Positions 50,584-60,543 of a DNA stretch of 64,000 nucleotides are shown here, piece by piece. The stretch comes from an uncultured Acidobacteriota bacterium (lineage in GTDB: Bacteria; Actinomycetota; Acidimicrobiia; Spongiisociales; ZC4RG35). Every line of letters starts with the position of its first letter. Positions within the stretch are counted from its first letter, which is position 1. Made by a program: the position numbers and the translations under genes. The notes beneath the pieces are model-generated. The model was not told where the DNA came from, ran no database searches, and saw only the letters and a program-made list of their open reading frames with translations. Where the stretch lies: positions 1 to 64,000 of the forward strand of contig CAWHEU010000007.1 of NCBI GenBank assembly GCA_963828465.1, in the 5' to 3' direction.

Positions 50584-51546
50584 GTGCCCTCCGACCTACT
50601 GACCGAGACCGAGCTGCGGACTGTCGCCTCAGACCTGGCACAGAGTTTCGACACGGCTCGAGAACTGGCGACGGCGGTCCCTACCGGCCGATTCGTCAGT
50701 CACACCTCGACGTTCTACGAGCTCAGCACGTCCGAAGGCGAAGCTCCGATCGCCCTGATCAAAGTGGGGAGAGATTGGGACCTGACCGAGGCGCGGAGGA
50801 TCTACGACGACCTCGTCGCCCTGTCAAGGCTTCTCACAGATGCCGGGTCGTCTCTCGAAGGCGCCCGACCGATGGGCTGGCACGCGGCGCCGCCCTCCAT
50901 ATGCGTCGCGTACGTCCCTGGCGAGGACCTGGGGAAGCTTCTCCGCGCTGCTGGCCACGACACCGCGGATTCGTTTCGACCGGTCATCGAGGCATGCGGC
51001 CACGCTCTGGGATCGTTCCACAGCCAGAGCCGCGTGGCCGACCTGGTGCCCGACCCGTCGTCGATGCGCGCAGACCTCGAGGCGATGGCGAGGACGGTGA
51101 TGGTCCGGCCGCGGTTTCTCGACGCCATCGATCTCGTCAGCTCTACGGCCAGGCGGTACGGGGACTTCGCCCCCTACAACGTCAGGCTCGAGCCCGGCGG
51201 GAAGGCGTGGATCATCGACCAGCCGTCTCCTCCTGCCCTCGATGTGGTGCATCGAGATGTGGCCTGGTTCCTGTTCAATCTCGAGCGCCGCCTCGGCTGG
51301 GAAACGTCAGATAGGGGTGCGGCATTCGACGACGCGAGGGCGAGGTTGGCCGATTCGTTCCATGACGGGTACCGCCGAACCGGACCGGTCACCCTCGACG
51401 CTCCCGCCGATCGGGCACTGCTCGCCCTCTATCGGTCCCACCGAAGTCTGTGGACAGCGCGCCGCAGGCTGCGCCAGCGTGAGCTCGGCGAAGCCCCTGC
51501 CTACCTCCGTCTGGCGATGCTTTGGCGGAAGGCAGCCAGAGAGTGA
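50584..51546 (+). CDS. Degenerate APH/kinase-fold protein
   Basis: ALIKV, CGHALGSFH, YGDFAPYNV, WIID, HRDVAWF. Confidence 0.65.
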   Translation: MPSDLLTETELRTVASDLAQSFDTARELATAVPTGRFVSHTSTFYELSTSEGEAPIALIKVGRDWDLTEARRIYDDLVALSRLLTDAGSSLEGARPMGWHAAPPSICVAYVPGEDLGKLLRAAGHDTADSFRPVIEACGHALGSFHSQSRVADLVPDPSSMRADLEAMARTVMVRPRFLDAIDLVSSTARRYGDFAPYNVRLEPGGKAWIIDQPSPPALDVVHRDVAWFLFNLERRLGWETSDRGAAFDDARARLADSFHDGYRRTGPVTLDAPADRALLALYRSHRSLWTARRRLRQRELGEAPAYLRLAMLWRKAARE

Positions 51547-51574
51547 TGCTGGCGCTGAGCGCCGCCACCATTCA

Positions 51575-52586
51575 TCACCAGTCGGGGACCATCCAGGGGA
51601 GCTCCGATCGCAGTTCTTTGTCGGCGACGAGCGAAGCGGCGAACTCGGTCCAGTCCTCGGCGCCCATACGGGTGTCGTCTGCCTGCCGGATGGCGGTTGC
51701 CATCGAGCTGAGAGCGATCACCCAGCCGAGGGGCATCCGGTTATCCCAGGCGTCGTTCGATCTCGGCCCGGAGCACCTGGCCAGCCCAACCCGATCTACC
51801 GAGAGCCGACATTGCGGCGGCCCGGGAGGAGGCAGCGCCCGATTGACGCTTGGCAAGCCTTGCCGTCGCCCCGACGGACTGGGCTAGATCGAACCAGGGC
51901 TGTGACTTATTCGATGCGTGCTCCCAGTCGAGGAGTCGCAACTCGCCCCGATGCATCAGCACGTTGCCTACCGCCAGGTCAGCATGTTGCCAGGACGTGG
52001 ACCAGGCGATTCCACTCCCGGCCACCGCATCACGGAAGCTGCGCACCCTTTCTTCGACATCGGTGGAATGGGGGACCAGACCGATGTACCGATCCACGAT
52101 CTCGGCGAGGTGTGACCCGTCGAGCCGCTCTGTGCTGCTGGTGGCGACGGCGAGATCGTTGCTCCACTCAAACGACTTGCGGTAGAAGTCGCCCATCAAC
52201 GACCTGGGTAGCGAGCTTCCTGAACCGTTGAGATCGGGGACGAGAAGACGACGCCCGGCTAGCGCCTCCATCGTCAGGACCGTGTTTCCCTCGATCTCCG
52301 CCAGACCCAAGGCTCGGGGCACAGTTCGGCGCATCGGCTCCGGCAAGAGGGGCCGGATGTCATCGAGCGCACCGTGCTCATGTCGAAGAAAGGCTCCCTC
52401 GAGGTCGGTGAAGGCGATCTTCATCACGACCGACGGACGCGCCCGTCTGTCCTCGAACAGGAACACGGCGGCCCTCGTCCTATGGGCCGGCCCTCCGCTC
52501 CCGATCGCAATGCCCACTGATCCAGGGGGATGGCCGAACCAGGACTGCCATTCCTGCCTGGCGTAGTCGGTCAGCTCGTCGATCAT
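51575..52586 (-). CDS. APH-family phosphotransferase; probable frameshift near 51752
   Basis: VVMKI, VPRALG, HADLAVGNVL, LLDWE, PWFDL; ATGA-coupled to the upstream gene. Confidence 0.75.
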
Positions 52587-53096
52587 CGGGTGTCTTCGCT
52601 GCGGGATTGGCGAACAACGAAGGCCATGCCCGGGGCGATGGCGGCGGCGACCGGCGTGAACAACACCGACCTGGCCAGAATCCGGGCCCAGAGCCTGTTG
52701 CCACCACCGCCGAGCACGCCAGAGGTCTGTAGCCAGTAGAGCATGTGGATGTGGCCCCAGGGGAAGGCAATCCGGGGGGAACGGGCCGACGGCCAGAGCC
52801 CGTAGGTGGCTATCACCTCCAACCGCTGCCCTGGCGAATGCGTGGGTCATCTCGGTTGGGCTGGGACCTTTGCTGGATAGACGTCCCCGGCCGGAAAGGC
52901 GGGACAGGGCGGAGCGTGCCAGGGGCCGGCCCACCGAAACGATCAGCTCCTCGTCGCCGAGGGCGGCCGATGCCGACTCGAGCGAGGCCGCCCATTCTTT
53001 CCCTCCGGCGGGTGGCATCCACAGATTCGGGCTTTCCCCCTTTGAGAGAAGCACCCAGATCGGGTTGAGAGACTCGTCGAGAGGTGTCTCAGTCAT
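52583..53096 (-). CDS. Hypothetical protein (about 170 aa); probable frameshift near 52826
   Basis: ATG 53096 overlaps the GT4 stop; the C-part LEVIATYGLWPS... ends at a TGA overlapping the kinase ATG. Confidence 0.55.
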
Positions 53097-54343
53097 TCCG
53101 GCGCCCGCGCACTCGAGGCGCCGTGCAGCGCCGCGTCGATGCGGAGAAGCTGGATGTCCCAGGTCGCCTGTTCGAGGATCTTCCGACGAGCGGCTTCTCC
53201 CAGCCTTGCCCTCAGATCGGGCCGCTCATGGAGATCGACGATGGCTGCCGCAAGACCTCCGGTGTCTCCGCTCTCGACTAGCACTGCGTCCTCGCCGTCC
53301 GCCAGCCACCTGGCCATCTCGCCGATTCGGGGAGCGATCACTGCCTTGCCCGCTGCCATGTACTCCCTGAGCTTGAGCGGGGAATAGTGAAAGGACCCCG
53401 CTCCGCGATCTGTGATGACCGCTACATCCATGGCCGCCACATGCTCGGGTATATCGAGGTACCCCACGGTTCCGGTCATCACGACGTTCTTGAGTCCCAA
53501 GGCTCGGACGGTCTCTTCGATATGTGACCGCTCCAGACCGTCTCCGACGAGGAGAAGCGTGGCCTCGGGTATCTCGGACTCGATCCTTTTCATCGCCGCC
53601 AACGCCATGTCGAGACCATGGAACTTGCGAAAGCTGCCCACCCAACCGATCACGAAGTTTCTCTCCAGCCCAAGCCGCCGTCTTACCTCGTCGCCTTGGC
53701 GCTCTGGCGAGAACATCTCGGGATCGACACCATTCGGTGTCACCAAGAGACGCGCTTCGGGCACCCCGAGCCGGGCCACTTGCTCGGCGATCTCTATCGA
53801 GCCGCAGGCCACCACATCGGCGGCTTTGAGCAAGGGTGTTTCGGCGGTCCGCTCCAGAAGCCCCTGCCAGCCCGGGCGTTTCACACCCCAGCCGGCCGCC
53901 TCCTGGACGATGAGAGCCGGAGTGAAGACGACCAACGGGCGCTCCAGCGCCTTTGCGGCGCTCACTCCTGCATCATGGAACAGGTCGTGCCGCTGCCAGA
54001 TGAAACGCACTTCCTCCGAACGCCACGGGCCTTCGAGCCCTGCTTCCCTGAACCGGCGGGCCTCCATGGCTTTTCGGGCGTCCTTGAGCCCGGTCTTGAC
54101 GGTGGTAGGCACCATGCGGCGCAGCGACGCGGGACCCGGTGGGCCTTTGAGGGCGACCGGGTCAGATGCCCTTCGCATGACCTCCTCTGGTTCGAGAATG
54201 CCCTCGGGGGTGACGATCCACGACTTCCCCCAGAGCCTTCTGGCGGCGGTTGCCCAACTGGCGACGCTGATCCAGGAAGCCACCGGAGCCGTCTGACCCC
54301 CGGCCCGATTCGGGTTCAGGAAGAGGACACCACCCGTGCTCAC
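53093..54343 (-). CDS. GT4 glycosyltransferase
   Basis: TPNGVD, WVGSFRKFHG, VGDG, YSPLKLREYMAAG. Confidence 0.9.
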   Translation of the reverse strand: MSTGGVLFLNPNRAGGQTAPVASWISVASWATAARRLWGKSWIVTPEGILEPEEVMRRASDPVALKGPPGPASLRRMVPTTVKTGLKDARKAMEARRFREAGLEGPWRSEEVRFIWQRHDLFHDAGVSAAKALERPLVVFTPALIVQEAAGWGVKRPGWQGLLERTAETPLLKAADVVACGSIEIAEQVARLGVPEARLLVTPNGVDPEMFSPERQGDEVRRRLGLERNFVIGWVGSFRKFHGLDMALAAMKRIESEIPEATLLLVGDGLERSHIEETVRALGLKNVVMTGTVGYLDIPEHVAAMDVAVITDRGAGSFHYSPLKLREYMAAGKAVIAPRIGEMARWLADGEDAVLVESGDTGGLAAAIVDLHERPDLRARLGEAARRKILEQATWDIQLLRIDAALHGASSARAPE

Positions 54344-54440
54344 TCGGCTGTTTGCTCAATGCCGGGTGGGAAATGCATGGGCCGTATTCTGGCATCGATG
54401 GCGGCGATAGAAGCAGTGACCAGACTGGTTGTGGGCCGAC

Positions 54441-56231
54441 ATGCATGACAGCTCGGAGGACCGGGCGTTCCAAGTCGCCCACCTCACCACCGTCGACCTC
54501 AGTCTTCGCTTTCTCGTCCGGCCCCAACTTCTGGCGGTCAACGAGGCTGGAGGAGAAGCAGTCGGTGTGAGCGCGCCGGGACCCTGGGTCGACGAGCTCG
54601 AGCAGGACGGCATACGGCATGTCGCACTGACCGCGTCGACGAGAGGGATGAGCGTGGGCAACGACCTGAAGGCAGTCGCCCAGCTATGGAAGGTCCTTCG
54701 TAAAGAGCAATTCGACGTGCTCCACACTCACAACCCGAAGCCCGGCGTGTACGGGCGGATCCTGGGTCGTCTCGCTGGGGTTCCCCTCGTGGTCAACACG
54801 ATGCACGGTCTGTATGCCACCGAGGACGACGATGCACTAAAGCGCGGCGTCGTTTACGCCCTGGAGGCCGTTGCCGCCCGGTGCTCGGATGTGGAATTGC
54901 ATCAGAACGTGGAGGATCTCGAGTTCTGCCGTCGCACACGGATCCTTCCCGCTCGGAAAGGCCAACTACTTGGCAATGGCGTCGACCTGTTGAGGTTCGA
55001 CCGGGACAGAGTCGATCCAGAGGCGCGCTCCCGTCTCAGGGCGGAGTTCGGGGCGGATGAGGGCGTCGTGGTGGTGGGGATGGTGGGCCGTCTTGTCGCT
55101 GAGAAGGGCTATCCAGAGTTGTTCGAGGCCGCCACCAAGCTCGATGATGGATACATGGTGGTAGTCATCGGGCCGGACGACCCTGAGAAGTCAGACGCCC
55201 TCCCGCCGGATGCCGTCGCCAATGCCAAGGAGGCCGGCGTGCGGTTCCTCGGCATGCGCACCGACGTGGAGGACCTGTATTCGGCCATGGACCTTTTCGT
55301 CTTGCCCTCGCACCGGGAAGGTTTCCCGAGGGCGGCGATGGAGGCGGCCGCGATGGGGCTCCCGGTCATCGCGACCGATATCCGGGGCTGCCGCCAGGTC
55401 GTCGACGACGGTGTCAACGGGCTTCTGGTCCCGGTGCTCGACCCGGTGAGGCTGGGAGAGGCGATACGGAAGGTCGGCGACGATCCGATCCTGCGAAACA
55501 AGATGTCGGAGGCGAGCGCGAGCATCGCTCGTGAGCGCTTCGATGAGCAGAAGGTGGTCAGCATCGTCATGGACGCCTACCGCGACGGGCTCGTGGCCAA
55601 AGGCTTCGGCCATCTCATGCCGCCGGCCATGATCACGCCGGCGCCGCGTCCACAGATGCGGCTCGCCACATCCCGTGATGCCCGGGCTCTGGCCGAGCTC
55701 CACGCTTCACAGATCGCAACCGGGTTTCTCCCCCTGCTAGGCCGGAGATTCATGAAGGTCCTGTATCAGGCGCTGATCGCCTGGAAGGGGGCGGTAGTCG
55801 TTGTCGTTGACGACGGTGGCGGACCGGTTGGGTTCACGGCGGGAGTGGAGGACGTCGGCGAGTTCTACGGTCATTTCTCCAGGCACTATTGGTGGCGGGC
55901 CGGGTGGGCGGCCCTGCCTCGGTTGATCAGACCGAGCAACCTGCGCCGGGCATGGGAGACATTCCGCTATGGCCAGGATCAGGTCGACGTGCCGGCGGAG
56001 CTGCTCTCGATGGTGGTCGCCCCGAAAGCGCGGGGGAAGGGCCTTTCGCTGATGCTGGGGGCGAGGCTGCTCGACGACCTGAACCAGCGGGGAGTGCCCG
56101 CGGTGAAGGTGACCGTTGGCTCAGAGAACGAGACGGCCATCGGCGTCTACCGAAAGATGGGCTTCAAGGACACCGAGCGGATCCAGGTCCATGCCGGCGA
56201 GAGCTCTGAGATCCTCGTTTGGCGGCCCTGA
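54441..56231 (+). CDS. GT4 glycosyltransferase fused to a C-terminal GNAT domain
   Basis: HTHNPKPG, GNGVD, LPSHREGFPRAAMEA; then ELLSMVVAPKARGKG, NETAIGVYRKMGF. Confidence 0.88.
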   Translation: MHDSSEDRAFQVAHLTTVDLSLRFLVRPQLLAVNEAGGEAVGVSAPGPWVDELEQDGIRHVALTASTRGMSVGNDLKAVAQLWKVLRKEQFDVLHTHNPKPGVYGRILGRLAGVPLVVNTMHGLYATEDDDALKRGVVYALEAVAARCSDVELHQNVEDLEFCRRTRILPARKGQLLGNGVDLLRFDRDRVDPEARSRLRAEFGADEGVVVVGMVGRLVAEKGYPELFEAATKLDDGYMVVVIGPDDPEKSDALPPDAVANAKEAGVRFLGMRTDVEDLYSAMDLFVLPSHREGFPRAAMEAAAMGLPVIATDIRGCRQVVDDGVNGLLVPVLDPVRLGEAIRKVGDDPILRNKMSEASASIARERFDEQKVVSIVMDAYRDGLVAKGFGHLMPPAMITPAPRPQMRLATSRDARALAELHASQIATGFLPLLGRRFMKVLYQALIAWKGAVVVVVDDGGGPVGFTAGVEDVGEFYGHFSRHYWWRAGWAALPRLIRPSNLRRAWETFRYGQDQVDVPAELLSMVVAPKARGKGLSLMLGARLLDDLNQRGVPAVKVTVGSENETAIGVYRKMGFKDTERIQVHAGESSEILVWRP

Positions 56232-57181
56232 TAGTTGCCGGTGTCGTCAGCCTGGCCTGGTGTTTCTTCGCAATCTGGCTGGGGCCTCAGGTCGGCTATG
56301 TCGATCGCCCCGACGACCCGACGCTGAAGGCGCACGCCCGGCCGGCGGTGCCTCTGGGTGGGGTGGGAGTTTTCCTCGGGGTCAACGCGGCCGGGCTGAT
56401 GCGAAATGACCTGCAGTGGGGCCTTCTCATCGCCACGACCATGGTTCTCATTCTCGGCCTGATCGACGACCGCGTGGGGATCGATCCAAAGCTGCGGTTG
56501 GTCGTCGAGCTGCTGGCCGCAGTCGTGTTGGTCCTCAACGTTGCTGCTAACCCCGGCATCGTGTTCATGGTCGTCAGCGTCGGGCTCGCGATATTCGCCA
56601 TCAACAGCGTCAATCTCTTCGACGGTCTCGACGGCCTGGTTGGTTCTGTGGGAATGGTGACGGCGGCCGGATTGGCCGTGATCGCGCAGAGTCGAGGCCT
56701 CGGCTTCGTATCGCCGCTCGAGCTCGGGGCGGCATTGGCCGGCTTCCTCGTCCTCAACTGGCACCCAGCACGTGTGTTCATGGGCGACGCCGGGACCTAT
56801 TTCCTCGGCCTCTATCTGACGCATCTGATCATTGATTCCACCAACGAATCCGCGATCGAGGTGGTGTTCACAGCGGGCGTCCTCGGGGTGTTCGCAATCG
56901 ACATGCTCGTGACGCTCCTTCGTCGTCGGCTCAACCATCGCCCGCTCTTCCTCGGGGACCGCAGCCACATCTACGACCAGCTGCGTGACCGCGGGGTTGG
57001 AGTGCGGGCCATAGCGCTGATCGCCGCCGCAACACAGGCTGTCCTGCTTGCGCTCGTGATCGCAGCCGAGCGGGCACTGGGAGTCGAATGGGGTCTGGTG
57101 ACCCTCATCGCCCTCCTCGCGCTACTCCTTGCCGCCTTGGCCCGTCTCGGTTTCCTCAGAGTCGATCAACCTCGAACCTGA
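56219..57181 (+). CDS. WecA/TagO/MraY-family polyprenyl-phosphate HexNAc-1-P transferase
   Basis: PLGG, GLIDD, NSVNLFDGLDGL, NWHPARVFMGDAG, GDRSHIY. Confidence 0.92.
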   Translation: MAALIVAGVVSLAWCFFAIWLGPQVGYVDRPDDPTLKAHARPAVPLGGVGVFLGVNAAGLMRNDLQWGLLIATTMVLILGLIDDRVGIDPKLRLVVELLAAVVLVLNVAANPGIVFMVVSVGLAIFAINSVNLFDGLDGLVGSVGMVTAAGLAVIAQSRGLGFVSPLELGAALAGFLVLNWHPARVFMGDAGTYFLGLYLTHLIIDSTNESAIEVVFTAGVLGVFAIDMLVTLLRRRLNHRPLFLGDRSHIYDQLRDRGVGVRAIALIAAATQAVLLALVIAAERALGVEWGLVTLIALLALLLAALARLGFLRVDQPRT

Positions 57182-57199
57182 TGATGTGATGGGCTGGGA

Positions 57200-58168
57200 T
57201 CAGCTGAAGACGCGGCCGGGTGTGGTCAATGCGATCTTGAACGATTGCAGGGCACCCGCGAAGTCCCCTTTCATGAGCATGCGTCTGGCAGTGCCCAAGG
57301 CTCGAGATGCCTCATATATCCCGACCGCCCTGAGGTCGGATTTGTCGAAAGGCCCACCGAGGCTGGAGGACTGATATCCCTCCAGGAACAGACTCCGGAG
57401 CCCCAACCGTTGCCCGGGTGCGGCACGGGTGAGCAACTGGTAGGTGAACCACGCCACGTCCTCGTGCAACAGCCCCGGGGTGCCAAGGATCGGCGGGTCG
57501 ACTACCGAGAGCTGCGCATCGCTCGAGACGAGGAAGTCGTTGCGCGAGAAGTTGTGACTGCGAATCACTGACCCCTCCTGGGCTGGAGCCCACCGCTCCA
57601 GGACCCATCGCATGATGCCTGGCAAGCGTTGCAGCGCCTCGTGACGCACGGCATCCGTCTCTGGGTCGATGACGGCGAGGCGGTGGATCCATCCGAAGGC
57701 TTCGCCGCACGACTTCACGACTTCGGACAGGCGGCCGGGGTCGGTCCAGAGAGCATGCCCTGTGTCGGCCATCACGTCGAACAACTCCACACCCTCGACG
57801 TTGGGCATGATCACCCCGGGAGGCTCCCTGGTCCAGCCCAACGGCTCGGGGAAGGAGATGCTGGACGACGGCCCGGGCGTCAGGTGTTGCAGGTCGGAAA
57901 GTCGACGCAGTGCGTCGTGGGTGCCCTCAGCGCTCTCCGGGTTCCATCGCCGTTCCACCTTGAACACCACGTCGAACGGCTTCTCGTTCGCCTGCGCCGG
58001 ATGGGCCCGGAAACGCCAGAACCCCGAGTTGCGGGTGCGCCAGGTGTCGAGGGCCTCGATCCGGTTTATCGATCGAGATGACGTCAGGACGTCAGTGACC
58101 ACGCGGATGATGGTGTCTTGATCCAGCGTGCTGATATCGATCGCCAACGTCCGTCCTCCGTCGACCAC
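57200..58168 (-). CDS. Degenerate APH/kinase-fold protein, paralog of 50584-51546
   Basis: VVFKV, PEPLGW, CGEAFGWIH, SHNFSRNDFL, VVD, HEDVAWF, FLEGY. Confidence 0.6.
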   Translation of the reverse strand: MVDGGRTLAIDISTLDQDTIIRVVTDVLTSSRSINRIEALDTWRTRNSGFWRFRAHPAQANEKPFDVVFKVERRWNPESAEGTHDALRRLSDLQHLTPGPSSSISFPEPLGWTREPPGVIMPNVEGVELFDVMADTGHALWTDPGRLSEVVKSCGEAFGWIHRLAVIDPETDAVRHEALQRLPGIMRWVLERWAPAQEGSVIRSHNFSRNDFLVSSDAQLSVVDPPILGTPGLLHEDVAWFTYQLLTRAAPGQRLGLRSLFLEGYQSSSLGGPFDKSDLRAVGIYEASRALGTARRMLMKGDFAGALQSFKIALTTPGRVFS

Positions 58169-58192
58169 CTTGGTGTCGGTTGTCGCCCAGTC

Positions 58193-59590
58193 TCAGTGGT
58201 CGCTGGGCGTCGGCAGGGGCTTCCGCGAGGGCCCGGTGCGTATGACCTTCTCGACGGCTTCGTCGATCGATTCCGGGGCCGGCTCTTCCTCTTCGGTCTT
58301 CTTCCGCCGCCCGCCCTTGGTCTCATCCCAAGCCAGACCGGCGATGAGGGCGAAGAACATCGGCAGCACCTGGACACGCTGGCGGGCCAGCAAGCCGAGG
58401 TTGAGGATCGCACTGAAGCCGACGATGAATCCGCCCGTATAGAAGAAAGCCATCATGAGATACGGCTTCTCCCGCATTCGTCCCTTGTTCCTCCACATCG
58501 CAGGGAGGTTCCAGATCGTTATGCCGAGCAGGACGGTGCCCTCCAGGGCACTGAGCAATGCTTGGGCATTGCCTGCTTCGTAGATCAGCGGGCGGAAAAG
58601 GACCTTGATGATTGCGCCCGGTAGCTGGGCCGGACTGCCCACCGCGCCGCCTTCGACCTCGGAGCCACCGGTAGCCGTGCGCTCCGAGACGTCGGAGAGG
58701 AACTGGTCCGGGCTGGTGGTCCCCTCGCCCCCATCGACTGTCACTCCGAAGGTGCTTGAGAAGGTGAGAACCGAGAGGGCGGCTCCTCCGGCGCAGAGGA
58801 GGATCATGATCCCGCGCTTGGCAGATCCCTGGTACTTCTTCGGTGCCTTGCCGAACACCGCGGCCAGGACGATGGCGAGGCCCATCACCGCCGCCACGTG
58901 CGACCTGATGCTGGCAGCCATATAGAGACCAGGTGCGATGAGAAGGATTGCGCTGAACTGATAGAACTTGAGAAGCCGGGATGCTCCGTAGGCAGCCAGC
59001 CCCAGGAAGAAGACCATGAGGGCGTCCTTGCCGATGCTCGATGGCCAGAAGAGGAGGCTGGGAGCGAAGAAGACGGCGAGCCCGTACATCTTGAGCTGAT
59101 AACCGGCCAACCAGTGGCGCCCGGCCAGGAAGAAGAGCAACAGGCCGGTGAAAGCGATCAAGGCGAAGATGATGAAGCCCCCGAGCATGCTCGGGGTGTA
59201 GGGCGCGTAGATCAGCCCCGTGGCGATTTCGGTGAACGCGGTGCCGGGCTGACTGGACTGCGATACGGGGACCTGCATCCCCCGCCAAACCTGGGCGAAG
59301 ATCCCGCCCCACATGTGATAGCTATATGAGTCACCGGTCTCATAGAGGACGGTGACCATCCAGAATCGCCCGAATGCACCCAGGAGCTTGGCCGCGCAAG
59401 CCCACATGATCATCGTCGGCAGCCAGTCGCGGTCTTGCCTCGTGGCGACCGCCTTGCCCACGAATGACATGACGATTAGGGCGGCCGCCGAGATGAGCAG
59501 CGCCTCGAAGATGGCGACTCCATCGGTGACGACTTCGTCCTCGATCTGGGCGAGGAAGGGGGCGTGAAGTGCTAGCAGGGTTGTCATCAC
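58193..59590 (-). CDS. Polytopic membrane protein, Wzy/GT-C-like
   Basis: About 11 TM segments, GDSYSYH, WPSSIGKDA, IRSH, NLGLLARQR; glycan-locus context. Confidence 0.65.
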   Translation of the reverse strand: MMTTLLALHAPFLAQIEDEVVTDGVAIFEALLISAAALIVMSFVGKAVATRQDRDWLPTMIMWACAAKLLGAFGRFWMVTVLYETGDSYSYHMWGGIFAQVWRGMQVPVSQSSQPGTAFTEIATGLIYAPYTPSMLGGFIIFALIAFTGLLLFFLAGRHWLAGYQLKMYGLAVFFAPSLLFWPSSIGKDALMVFFLGLAAYGASRLLKFYQFSAILLIAPGLYMAASIRSHVAAVMGLAIVLAAVFGKAPKKYQGSAKRGIMILLCAGGAALSVLTFSSTFGVTVDGGEGTTSPDQFLSDVSERTATGGSEVEGGAVGSPAQLPGAIIKVLFRPLIYEAGNAQALLSALEGTVLLGITIWNLPAMWRNKGRMREKPYLMMAFFYTGGFIVGFSAILNLGLLARQRVQVLPMFFALIAGLAWDETKGGRRKKTEEEEPAPESIDEAVEKVIRTGPSRKPLPTPSDH

Positions 59591-60543
59591 AAGAGCTCCA
59601 GGTCACTGATGGCGAGATCCCACGAGGCCATCGAGGTGACGTCGATGCCCAGGTCCCGAAGCGGGCGCGCCATGAGAGTCAGGGCGGTGACCCCAGGCAC
59701 GGGGACGAGACCGCTTCGAATGGCGGCCGCTCGCTCAGGTGATCCTGGAGAGAACCAGGCGGCGATGTAACCCGATCGGGATTTGCGGCCCACTTCTCGC
59801 AACGCAGCCCTCGGGCGTGGCCCATAGACGTCGGCCACGATCAGTTCGCGTCGTCCCTTGCGGACGTTGGGCCTGACAACTGCGGTTGAGTCTGCCGAGT
59901 CGACACGGAAGTATCGGGCCGTGGGATGTGACCCGAACCGCCAGCGCAGGTAAGCCTCATTCCTCGGGGTCCGCAGACCTCGAGGGACCCGATCGGTCAC
60001 GTCGAGGGGGATGGCAGGTTGGGGATCGGCCAGGAAATTCTCGGGTTCCGTGTCGGTGATGGGACCGCGATCTGTGGCCACGCGCGTAGATGGGCGTGCC
60101 AGTACGCCAATATTCCCGACTTCTGTCCACCCCATGGAGAGATACCCCGCACCCGATTTCTCGTTAGGGGTATTGAACACCAGATCCATGTTTTGCGCTA
60201 GCGCTAATTCCAGGGTTTCTTCGGTGAGTCTCCGAAAGATGCCACGACGCTGATAATCGGGATGGGTGGCGGTGTCGACGGCGCGCACGCAACGCAGCGT
60301 GACACCATCGCGTGTGACGAGGTCCCAGCGCATGAACGCCCGCAGGCCGACGATGCGATCGTCCGACTCGGCGACGACAGCCAAGGACCGGCCGAACGGG
60401 TTGTCGAAGTGCTTCCAGGCGAAGAGCTCGCGGGTGCGGCGGAGGAGCGGTGGCTCACCTAGAGCGGCTCGCATCAGATCCAGCACCGGGAGGACGTCGC
60501 TTTCGTCGAGGGGCCTGGTGGTGATGGTTTCAGCCACGGACAA
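59587..60543 (-). CDS. GNAT-family acyltransferase
   Basis: WKHFDNPFG, AVDTATHPDYQRRGIF, FNTPNEKS, YLRWRF. Confidence 0.85.
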   Translation of the reverse strand: MSVAETITTRPLDESDVLPVLDLMRAALGEPPLLRRTRELFAWKHFDNPFGRSLAVVAESDDRIVGLRAFMRWDLVTRDGVTLRCVRAVDTATHPDYQRRGIFRRLTEETLELALAQNMDLVFNTPNEKSGAGYLSMGWTEVGNIGVLARPSTRVATDRGPITDTEPENFLADPQPAIPLDVTDRVPRGLRTPRNEAYLRWRFGSHPTARYFRVDSADSTAVVRPNVRKGRRELIVADVYGPRPRAALREVGRKSRSGYIAAWFSPGSPERAAAIRSGLVPVPGVTALTLMARPLRDLGIDVTSMASWDLAISDLELL

